This document shows positions 53,273 to 64,000 of a stretch of 64,000 nucleotides of DNA, piece after piece. The number at the start of each line of letters is the position of its first letter. Within the stretch, counting starts at the first letter, position 1. The stretch spans positions 23,498,001 through 23,562,000 of the forward strand of contig CM022670.1 of assembly GCA_012295275.1 (NCBI GenBank), written 5' to 3'. The stretch comes from Chrysomallon squamiferum. Its lineage: Eukaryota > Animalia > Mollusca. Both the position numbers and the translations under genes were made by a program. The notes under the pieces are model-generated. The model had not been told where the DNA came from. It made no database searches and worked only from the letters and a program-made list of their open reading frames with translations.

Positions 53273-56200
53273 TACTCAGACAATAACAAATAAAACAATT
53301 TAGTTGTCAACAGGAAAAGCTCAGATCACAGTGACCTAAAGGAAGTTACAGAAAATAAAGTTTGACCCAAGTATTAGTTCAGATTTTTTTTTCTTCTGTC
53401 ACATGACAAACTTTACACTGGCTGGTTCAATACAGGATTGTCAGAAATTAATACACTGTTTACATGTATGTATGTACGTAGTTTAAAGATTGCCTGATAA
53501 AAACATAGTAGTATGTTGTTGTTGTTGTCACTATTGCTGTTTTGTTGTGGTATATGAATATAAGTTTGTTGCAATCTTTCAGTGGTCTTCTGTATACATT
53601 TATATACTTTATAAATGATTTTTAATATACAAATATTGTTGACATATTTGTACATCAAAAGTTGTATGTTTGTTAACAACAGCTGAACAATTTTCTAACA
53701 AAAAATCCAAATAACTAATGATTTGTTATCAAAGCCTCATTTTATTTTAAACACATTTATTAATATTTCATTACTTTTTTGTATTATTTTAATTAATGTA
53801 ATTTTTTTCTTTGTTTGTGTTTGTTTGGGGTTTGTTTTGGAGGGGTTTTTTTTAATAGTATGAGTTATGTAAAGGAAGACTTTTTATATTTAAAGTTGTT
53901 GAAATGTAAAATGAAAAAGGTTTTATGAAAGGAAGTTTTTTGTTATCACCCCTTGGCTCTTTAACAAAAGAGAATAACATACACAACGGTCTGCTTGCAG
54001 ATCACATGTAAAATAATAACTAGCAAATCAAAACAAATGTGCATCTTTTTAATCAGTTTACTTCTGAAAGTTAGCATGTTTTGTAGTAGTCATTTAAATC
54101 CATACTGTGTATATTAGTTGGATCACAGACTGCATAATTACTTTTTAAATTTGATTTAATTTTTAAAAAATATTTTTATATTTTACTTACTATTTTCTTT
54201 GTATTTTGCAAATAACTTGAAATTTTACTGTTAGGTATATTTTTTTACATTTGTCACATTTTGCTTTATTCTGAATGTTTTGTACTTCTCTAAAATCCCC
54301 CACTGTGGTTCTACAAAAGATAAACTTTGCAGAGCCAAATGCAAACAGAGAGACATGAACCAGGGAAGTGGTATTGTGTTCATTTATCACAAAGGTCACA
54401 TTCTGGTTAAAATGAACTCTGTCAACCTATGCTTCTAAGTGTGATGTAACAGTAAAAAACTTTCAAACAATGGATCTGAAAGATGTATTTAATGCAAAAT
54501 GAATTGACAAAAAAAAAATGAAATCAGGTCCTATTCAGAACAAGTGTTAAAAGTGGAGCAAGCCGTTATTTTGAGCAATGCTGTTAGAACTGTGACAGAA
54601 AGTCTGTTTATGGGTTAGTTCTCTTTTCTTCTCAAACCTAAAACTACATTTTTCAACAAAACATTTTATATGTGCTTTTGATCTTGGGACATTTCAAACT
54701 AAGCGTTTCAGAACGTATTTGAATTTTGATTTACAAATAGTAACTATTTATAACAAAATGTCTGAAATTATTTAGAAATAATCTATAATTACAAATTAAT
54801 TTTTTTTTGTTTGTTTTGTTTTTCAATAATAAACTAAAACTAAATAAAAAAAAAAACTATGAATATGTGTATTTACGTGTATTTTAAATTATATTTATAT
54901 ACTTTAAAAATAAAAATATGATAATTATTTTAATAAAAAGAAGAGAGATGGGGTAAAGACAAACAAAAGCAGATGGACAACCTGATTGTGAAAACAACAA
55001 TAAAACAGTTTATTATTCTGCCAGTCTTGACTGCCATAACAACATGTTTTTGATTTCTCCCAGGTCACCTACCCACATCACCGTGATTGTTATTCACACA
55101 AAACACAAAGATTTGTTATTTTCCCTGGAATCAGCCTCTGTCACACAACCACACCTGCCTGACCAGTGATGAGACAAACGTAAATATTTGATCATTATTC
55201 TCAACACAAACAAATAAATCATACTCTGCTTTTCAGCTGATTACAGAGTATTCACACAAATAAATAATCTAACTGTGAGAGATAAAACGTTAATTTAGCC
55301 CAAACATAACAAAAGTTGCTGTGACAAATGAAAAAAGATGACAGAAGGTTTATTCCAAACAACAGAGGGAATAGAGCTAAATTATAGAAGAGATTATCAA
55401 TATGAAAAAAACAAAATATATATATAGAAATTAGAAAACAAACAAGAAAATGAAAATATAAAGTTTATTTCTTAATTCAACCACTGTTACAAGATTGTTT
55501 TTCTAAATCATGTAACTCGTTACTGTTTTTGATCTTAATATGCCAAAGTTTATTCTTTAATTTTACATATCATTATACATCAAAATTAAATCATTGTATA
55601 ATTTTATAACCCAAAATTATAGTGACTGAATGATTTTTTTTTTTTTAATTATCAATTTTGCATTTTAACTACAGTTTAACAATTAATTCATCTTTAAAAC
55701 TGTTCTCACTATCATCATTAGGTTAAAAATGAAAGACAGTTTTAACATTTTATCTGTCATGAAAACAATTCCGCCTATACAAAAAATATTGACAATGAGA
55801 GCAACTTGTAAAAGCAAAAAACCAGTTTCCAACATGTGTCCCTTGTAACCATTAACTAGAAAGATCAGAACATGCCTAGTAAGACTGATGATTAAAGAGA
55901 AAGATAAACTTTGTAGTTTATAACAACAACACAGACAGAAGCTCATCTCTTTTTTATATTAAAGATGTAAAAAACAAAATTAAAAGTACTAAGAGAAATG
56001 TACATAAAACATGATTAAATGTTACTCCATAAAGCCACAAATTAATTAAAATAATAATAAAATTTGTTTTTTTGTAAAGCTTACTGATGATAATTATTTT
56101 CTGTCATTGGCCATAAAAATGGCATTATAACTTGGACTTAAAAATTTAGATTAGATATCTGTGTTAACATTTTACTCACCACAAGTCATGCAGAGTTTTA

Positions 56201-56357
56201 AAACGAAGAAGTGATAATAATAAATAAATATAAATAAGAACATCTGAATATTTATACTTATACAAATTATATTCATGATTTAACCTTTTCAGGAGGTTGA
56301 AGACCTTTTGAAAAAAAAAAAATAATATTTTTTTTAAAAACCTGTAGAAAGAGTTCA

Positions 56358-56394
<37 letters not shown>

Positions 56395-59300
56395 GGAATA
56401 CATAATGTCTGTGAATCAATTGATTTCCTAGTAACAGACATGAATGTCAAAAATTGGGGATTGGTGATCGATTGGGAAAGCCTCACTGATTTCTGTGTCT
56501 GAATCAATGAACAGGTTTCTGTCATAAGTAAACCATTATTGGGTGAGCAAAACCTGATGTGCCAAATACAACATATTGACTGAAAACGCTGGTGATGGAC
56601 ATCAAATTGCTTGTGAAAATCTGATCAATGGACCATAAAATCAATTGTGGTGACATTTGAGAAGCACAAACAACATCAAGAATTTTTCAATGGCTTTGCT
56701 GAAAGCCCTTGGCCTTAGAATTCTGTTGCTGAATGTCAAATGAGGACATGTGCTTTTATATAAAAAAAACATACAGTCCTGATGTGGTTGTGGTTTCTTT
56801 TATGCACTTGTAAGAGTCTTTTTTTTATAGATTCACATTTGTTAATAATAGCATAAATAGGAAATGAACCAATAAGGTTTGCCACAACTGTGTTATTTTA
56901 AGAGATTTGTCAAATTTATGGAGTTTATTATGCAGTTATTTCCTAAAAAGATCCGATTAAAACTAGAATAGCTCAAGAAGGGAAAGAATAATAGAAAAAT
57001 TTACGGAAATTGGATGGAAATAATGTCAGAAGCAGAGAACTTCTTTGACAGAAAGATGTATGGACAGATTGACAAATGTACAGAAAGTCTGACTATCTGA
57101 ATGACAAACAGATAAAGACAAAGACGAATAGAAAAAGAAAAGGAAAGGATATAGAAGAGATAAATGGAATGATATTCAGATGGAAGATATACAGATAAAA
57201 ACAAGAGAATGCCTGAGATTTAAATCATCTTTAAACAATGACTAAAACAAAGGGGAAAAAAAAACACTGCCTCATTAATGAATAAAATTTTACATTAAAT
57301 TTTCAATTTACTTCTTGATAACTGTTATTTGCATCAAAGATGAAAAATACGTAACGTCCTTTTTATCCAAGCCAAATCAATAAAATATTAAATCTCCAAT
57401 CAGTTTGGCAAAAATCAAATAAGAAAATCCTCCACACAATTCCTTGCAAACATTCCATAATGTAATTGTGCAATGAACATAAATGGCACAGGTAATTACA
57501 GTTCAGTGTATGGCAACAGGCAGCCCATGTAGTGTTTGCTTCAAAAATATTACAGCTTTCGAGCACTGGCAGGAGAAAAGAGGGTTCAATAATTCCCATC
57601 ATTAACAACAATCAAAGCCCATTACCCAGAGGGTCTTGACTTGCGCTGTCAAATCTCAAACATGTAATGTTAAACGCAGGATGCAAACAGATACACAATA
57701 GAGAGCAGGCTATCATTTACACAGTCTCTGCAGTTTGAGAGTAGAAACTGCAGCAGAGGTTGATGATAATGATCATGGTGAGGTGTTTTTTTTTCCTCGT
57801 CTTTGTTCCTTTTCGCTCAGATAGTGTGTAACCTTTAATTGAAAAAGAAAAACTTTGCACAGAAATCTGGTTTACAAGAAAGAATTGTTTGATTTCTGCA
57901 TCGAGGTTTTTTTTTTTTTTTTTTTCAGTTAATTCTTTGAATATAAATTTTTTAAATACTTCACTAGATTGATGAACTCAAGAAGAGGAAAGAAAGAAAG
58001 GAAATGAAAAACTTCATTTTTATTTGCAAATAATAGTTTACTATAAATAACAGTTGTTGGAGGTAATTATTTTTAAACTAAAAAATTCATGTAATTTGTT
58101 TTGTTTTTACAAACAGAAATTGCTATTGTCAAATATAAATTCTAATTTAAAAATATACTTTAAAAAAAACTTTAAATGTCTTTTATTAAATGTTAAACTG
58201 CAAACATTTATCTGCAAATTACTGAGCAAACAACTTTTATCAATATTAAACAAGTTTTAACTAAATGTATTTTTATTTCATTTTTTTTTTTTTAAAAAGC
58301 AAAAAATGAAATTCCATCTTTATAAACCTGTATTTATCAACCCCATTATATATATATATATATATATATAAAAATTATTTTGTTTCAAACAGTTACACAA
58401 CCATATTCACTATGGTTCAGTAATTTGCAATCATTCTTTTAACCACATTAGTGTATGTTTTCCATACATTCCTTTCATGATCTAATTAGTACTTGTCATA
58501 TTATGTATGTTTATACAAGTAAGAAATAATTATGGAAAGAAATTAAAGCAATTAGTATGGTATTATGAATGCCAAACCTCTTATAAATGCAACATTTTTG
58601 TGTCTTACATGAAAAAAATAACTTAAAGGTTGAAGATCCCTTATCCAAAATTCCGAAATCTGAAAAGCTCCAGAATCAGCTGAAATATTCATACATTACA
58701 ATTTTTGAACTGTTTTGCAAGCACAGAATTTATATTGTGAACAAAATGTTATTAAAAAAATCCTGTGAGTTTGCTTTTTATAGCAGAGAGGTTGATGTTA
58801 AATAGACTGGAACTAGAAATATTATAATAAGACCAATGTTATGAAAGTGTTTACTGTGTGCAGAACATATATTACTGCCTAAGGTGTTCATACTTTGAAT
58901 GAATATTACTCTAGGTTTTTTCCATGTTGTTATTAATAACATGTGTTATAAAACTGATGTAAGATCAGTTCAAGGTCATGTGATCCACAAGGTCAACAGG
59001 TCAAAAATAATCGTATACTAAACTTAAATGCAGATTTGAATTCTTTGTGTTATTCTCTTTCTAGGAAAAGCAACATTATGAAGACAGCCTCACTGGTTGC
59101 TGAATAATAAGGTCAAAACATTGTTGGTCATGCCCATTTTCACAAAACATTTCAAATTATGAAGGGCCACATTTCCATAGAGTATTGGTCTGATATCAGA
59201 CTACAATATCTGATTTTCGTTTTCCTTTTTTTTTATTTTTTTATTTAGACCAAAACAAATATGTATATTAATTTTATCAAAATCTGATTTGACATGGAAT

Positions 59301-59601
59301 GATAAAAGAGTCTTGACAATACACTGATATGAGTGCCTCTACTAGTGATATGCTTTAACTGTAAGAGGATATATAAGCACATTTCAATTGTTGATTTATT
59401 GTTTTGTCATAGATGTTGCATACATTTCTTCTATACATTTTATAATACACATTAGGCTGGAAGTTGAAACATTGTTAGATAAGAATGAATTACATAACTT
59501 AACAAATGTTAAACAGCTTCAAACTGAAAGGCTGTAAAAACATAAAGAATGGTTGAAAATGTTTCCATTCTGGCCTGATTTCAAAAACAATAGCTCAAGT
59601 A

Positions 59602-59637
<36 letters not shown>

Positions 59638-60199
59638 GCTCACTGTAAACAAACCCAACCATAAAATATTTGTTAATCAGACACACGTGTGTATGGACAA
59701 TGCCTGTAATAAATCTTCTAACAAATACACCACAGCCTCATCTGAAAACATTAGCTCTAAAAACAAAAAAAAAAAAAATTGCCCTACGAATACTTGCAGA
59801 GCCAGATTAATTACACAAATTACTGTATCAAATGTTAAAGGTTTCCTATTCAAACAGACATACTTATCTCCTCTGATAGCACTCTCCATTACACAAAACA
59901 ATGAAGATCTGTTAAGCATTCGGTCTGCTGATTGTATGCAGTCCCAAAATAATTCAAGAGTTTAGAAACACTTTCATTATAAGCATGGCAGTATCTGTAT
60001 CTTTATTCTCAAATAATCTGCAATAGGTTTGTACATAAGAATATAAATTGAAAATATTTGTCATCAAGATATAAATAAAATAAAAAATAAAATGCAGCGT
60101 TTGAAAAATGATACACACTTTAAGAATAGGGGAAAAAAAAATGCTTTTTATTTTTTATTTTTTTATTTTTTGAAATTTATGTTAGAAATTTATGTAGAA

Positions 60200-60231
<32 letters not shown>

Positions 60232-61762
60232 CATTGTTAGTACTTTCAAAAGAATTTATATTCATGTGAATTAATGAATCAATTTTTTTATATTATTAAT
60301 GGGTTGTTACTTTTCTACTGGTGATATAATACAGGAATTCCACTGCTGTGACAGCTTGTTCTATCACTTAGCAGAAAAGGGATATTTTATATGCACTTTT
60401 CAACATAAGGGAATGGGTTAGAACAGGAAATCGATAATTTTGTTCACTGAAGGGAACTGATTGATTTCTCATGTATGTTTGATATGCTCAGTAGTAATAT
60501 ACAAATAATAAATACGAGAATAATTCCTATTTAATATACAGGTAAATATTTTACAGGTAACAATAGTTTTAGAAATATTTATTTTTACAAAAATTAAAAA
60601 ATAAATTACATTAACTAACAAGTATGTTTTTAATTAATTTAATGTTATTTTGAATTGGGTTTTGTCATTAAGTACAAAAAGTTCAAACATTAAGGCAAAA
60701 AAAAAAAAAAGTTAACCCTTGAGGTTGAAAAAGACATTTTATGTATAATCTGTTTTGAAAGCAGTTTGTGTATCATCTCTTTTAATGTATATATTTATTT
60801 TATTTTTTTGTGTGGCTTAACTTATTTATTTATTTAACATTTTTTTATTGTTTTTGAGGATTTTTTTTTTTTTTAATAGAATTTATTATTCAATTTATCC
60901 ATTTTGAAAAAAAAAAAAAAAAAAGATAAAAGTGGGGTTAGATGAAAATAGAAACATATAACACTTCAAATTATGAAACAGAAGCCATATAACAAACTAA
61001 CGATTTCCCTCTGGCAACTTATTTATTTCTACATAGGGATTCAATATTTGGTGGTCAAATAAATATAATATTTATTAAAAAAAAAAAAAAAAAAAAAATT
61101 AAATGAAAGAGAAAAAATCCCATAATGCATTGTGTGTATCACAATACTTCCTAATTCACAAACTACATTAAATCCAAAACTCCTATAATTAATACTAATG
61201 GATCCATTCCTGAAGAAAGTACACCTCAAAAGCTCAATTGTCTGGTACAAAGACATTATAAATTATTTATTGTTCCCCAGAGCACAATAGACTTTTGATC
61301 GATTATTAACCAGTTACCAATAATGGAATTCAACCAATTCCCAATATTAATATTTTTTTTTTTAAAAGATTCCCAAAGCACATAACTTTGAAAGATGATG
61401 TTTTTATCTCCATTCTGAATCTAAATTAACTGGAAGTGAAATCTGCGTTAATCAAAGCAAAAATAGATTTTGATATCTTTTATTGGCAAAATGAATTCTT
61501 TCCTGTTGTTAAAAGGACATGTAATTAACGTAGGTGTTGTCCTGGTCTTTAAATAAAAGTAAATTTATTATTTAAATTCTAAACAATCTATTTGTAGTGA
61601 TTCAATAACTTCTTTTTTTTATCTTTACTAAAATTGTTTGGTTTTGGGGGTTTTTTGTTTTTTTGTTTGGTTTTTAAAGTTAAAAGTGCCCATTATTATT
61701 GTTAATCTTGCTATTAATGAAAAACTATTTATGAAGTTTTTATTTGTATTTCAACATACATG

Positions 61763-61811
<49 letters not shown>

Positions 61812-62131
61812 CATATTTATATATATACAGATAAATATATATATATAAATATGTATGTACATATATATGTGTGTGTGTATATGCTAGTTACACATGTATA
61901 TCAACAAGATGACTATTTTTTTCAAGATAATTCTTGTTTTTGAAATTCTACCAAAATAATATAAACCAGTCAAACAAAAACTGATGGTTTTTTTTTTTTT
62001 TTTTTTTCTTCTACATTTTAAATACTAAAATACAAAAATCAATCACCAACAACAAAACAACTTACATTATGTTCTGGTATCACATGCAGCTCTTCGGGGA
62101 AAAGTTTTCGCCTCATTTTCCTAAACGACAT
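39900..62131 (-). CDS. Tetraspanin paralogue B (six-Cys EC2; CD151/TSPAN11/TSPAN18-like grade), 9 coding exons, ~335 aa
   Basis: Exons 62131-62066 (MSFRKMRRKLFPEELHVIPEHN), 49160-49023, 46576-46376, 45146-45072, 43788-43669, 42764-42671, 41980-41829, 40608-40525, 39977-39900. Motifs LGVGIW, FCGCCGTIRE, WDAMQRQLQCCG, VPESCC, GCY; ends TAG TGA. Exon 1 is inferred from ATG context, a GTAAGT donor, matching phase and local CpG enrichment. Confidence 0.92.
41560..41730. repeat. Compound trinucleotide microsatellite (AAT/AAC/GAT)
   Basis: Directly visible; intronic in tetraspanin B. Confidence 0.95.
42791..43241. repeat. 27-bp minisatellite, ~16.7 copies, in tetraspanin B intron 5
   Basis: Unit GAAAAAC[A/G]TATATAAA[C/T]GTGTTGGATT repeated head-to-tail without spacers. 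Confidence 0.97.
52155..52375 (+). mobile_element. Decayed MetaSINE-like element in tetraspanin B intron 1
   Basis: CCATCAGTGCTCCACAGG...TGTGCTCTCCTATCTGTGGGAAGGTG resembles the Meta core as I recall it (CCAGTGCTCCACGACTGG...TGTGCTATCCTGTCTGTGGGATGGTG); 3' end ...AAAATATTTCTTCCTTTCTTCC. Confidence 0.6.
58627..58680 (+). mobile_element. pogo/Tigger-type terminal inverted repeat fragment (single end)
   Basis: AGGTTGAAGATCCCTTATCCAAAATTCCGAAATCTGAAAAGCTCCAGAATC resembles Tigger4/MER46-type termini as recalled; no partner end seen. Confidence 0.45.
60335..60495 (-). mobile_element. MetaSINE-like fragment, opposite orientation
   Basis: TAGCAGAAAAGGGATATTTTATATGCACTTTTC resembles the reverse complement of the recalled Meta core (GTGCATATAAAAGATCCCTTGCTGCTA). 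Confidence 0.55.
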
Positions 62132-64000
62132 GATTACTACCTATTTTCTTTTCATAAACAAAACTGACCAAACCCTAAAACCCACATACATTCTCTGCTT
62201 CGCACCCACCACACTGACCAAACCTGCGAATGGTTCTGGGTTGTAGGTAAAAACGAGATAACTGACAATAAGACAACACTGTGATGAGCTGGTGCTCTGT
62301 CTCAGAGGAATAAAGCCAGGCTTGGCTAGTAATGATCTCTCTGATTAGATTTCTATTCACTTCAACGTCAATAAGTTCCTGCCACTGTCCACCAACAACG
62401 AGCCAGGTGGAATCCGATTTGCGATTTATCATAATTTCCATATTTACACTCTCGTATATAAATCTGCGACAGTTTTAGTTGTGTGTGTGTAAGAATATGA
62501 ACTGGAAAAAGATCTGTGCTTTATTCTAAATAAAAACGAAAATGGTTGCTGAAAAAGTGAAGAATGCTGAGGATTTTGTAGAAAATGATCTGGAAATGGA
62601 GGAATAATGTTTTTATTTAGAATTCCAAAAAAAAAAAAAAAAAAAATGGCGTACAGAAGAAAGCAGCATGGATATATATTTGATACTCATATAAAATATT
62701 TTTGAATATAAAAACATGTTGATATGTTTGAATGAATATTCTGTCATTCGTAATTTGATTACTTAATATTTCATCCTGATCTGTTAATTTAAAAAAATAA
62801 AGTAATTCATTGGTATGCACTTTCTGACCCTATTTGGTTTCTAAACACATATAAATTTTGCATTCTGTACACAAAGGTATTAAAATATGCACAAATTAGA
62901 AGAAATTTTAAAAAGTATTTAATGTGTCTTGCATAAAAGACATTATTAAACTTATACAAATACAAGATTTTACTCTTGTTTCTACAGATAAAAGAACTAG
63001 TGCTTTAATCTCTTTTTTCTTCTAAAACTTTAATATTTATTTTACTTTAGGATTTTTTTTAAACATACCACACAAAACATTTATACTAAAACCTAGAAAA
63101 CATAAATAAAACATAAATAAAAATCTAAGTACAGTAATAATCCTGAAGCGTGTATTTGCATTTCTCTTAACTGTCATGAAAATATCAGTTAAAATGCACT
63201 CTTTAATATCTGTTAGGAGACAGGATCAAATCTAGACAGAGACTTCCTATCCACAACCAAATGAGATATTAATACAAACAAATCTTCTGACTTGACACTG
63301 TTTTCTCAGAGTTTCTAAGACAGACATGTTTTTAATAACTTTCTCTGGCAGGCATTTTATATCTTTCTTAAATTTATTCTCAACTCATTTTATAAGAATC
63401 AGAAAAAACAGGGCTTTTTTATATAAACACTGAATGTTTGACCATGTTTTATCCTAAATCCTTAGTGAATGCCTTAAAACAGTCAACAGTTTACTTCTGA
63501 AAACAAATCCAGTCAAACATTTGATGTACACTCATTATTTCTTCATAGGGTAGCCATTTCCATATTACAAAAAACCAAAAGGACATTTTAAAAAATGTTG
63601 TCACATTATTTTCAACCTAAATTAAACATGTTTAACTATGAGCTGAAATATAAAAAAATTGCATAAAATATACAAAATATACTAAAAAATGTTGGTTTGT
63701 CAAATATCATTATAATGTAACAAGGGCCTTTTTTTTTTTTAAACTCTGTGTATATGTTACACACATGATATTTGAATTCATACAGTATAAATAAAGAAAT
63801 GAAAGAAATGAATATTTATTTTTATTCCTGCTAGAACGACATATCCGAATTAACTTACTTCACAAACTGAAGTAAGGAATAGAAAAGCATATTGTTTTGT
63901 CACAAGCCTATGTTATTTATGTAATTCTTTTCAGACAGGTTCTAAAAGAGACAAATTAATATCCTGCTTGAGGTGGTTCTCACAAATAGGTCTTTTGTAT

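Noticed and set aside
62281-62344. Box C (GTGATGA) to box D (CTGA) spacing like a C/D snoRNA
   Set aside because: No terminal stem, antisense to the host gene, and no rRNA guide recognised.
62175-62441. 88-aa ORF upstream of tetraspanin B exon 1
   Set aside because: No recognisable domain; it lies in the presumed 5' UTR/promoter and is at most a uORF.

Overview
AT-rich, intron-rich animal genomic DNA, most likely a mollusc (gastropod-like, judged from MetaSINE-type repeats and the gene-body CpG pattern). It is not prokaryotic, and most ORFs in the six-frame track are low-complexity noise. Four spliced genes were assembled by hand. (1) The 5' part of a VWA + Cache (CACHD1/alpha2delta-family) gene on the - strand, running off the left edge. 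(2) A complete 13-exon PEX3 on the + strand, head-to-head with it across a ~1.2 kb CpG-rich promoter. (3, 4) Two tandem tetraspanin paralogues on the - strand with nearly identical exon sizes but very different gene lengths. Between the tetraspanins lies a CpG-retaining island (~24.5-32.9 kb) holding two MITEs, a tRNA-derived SINE, an orphan promoter-like block and decayed coding-like sequence. That sequence includes a candidate pseudogene for a secreted, cationic 12-Cys protein that I cannot assign to a family. A 27-bp minisatellite sits next to a tetraspanin splice acceptor. I found no firmly supported new biological system; the best leads are under findings.
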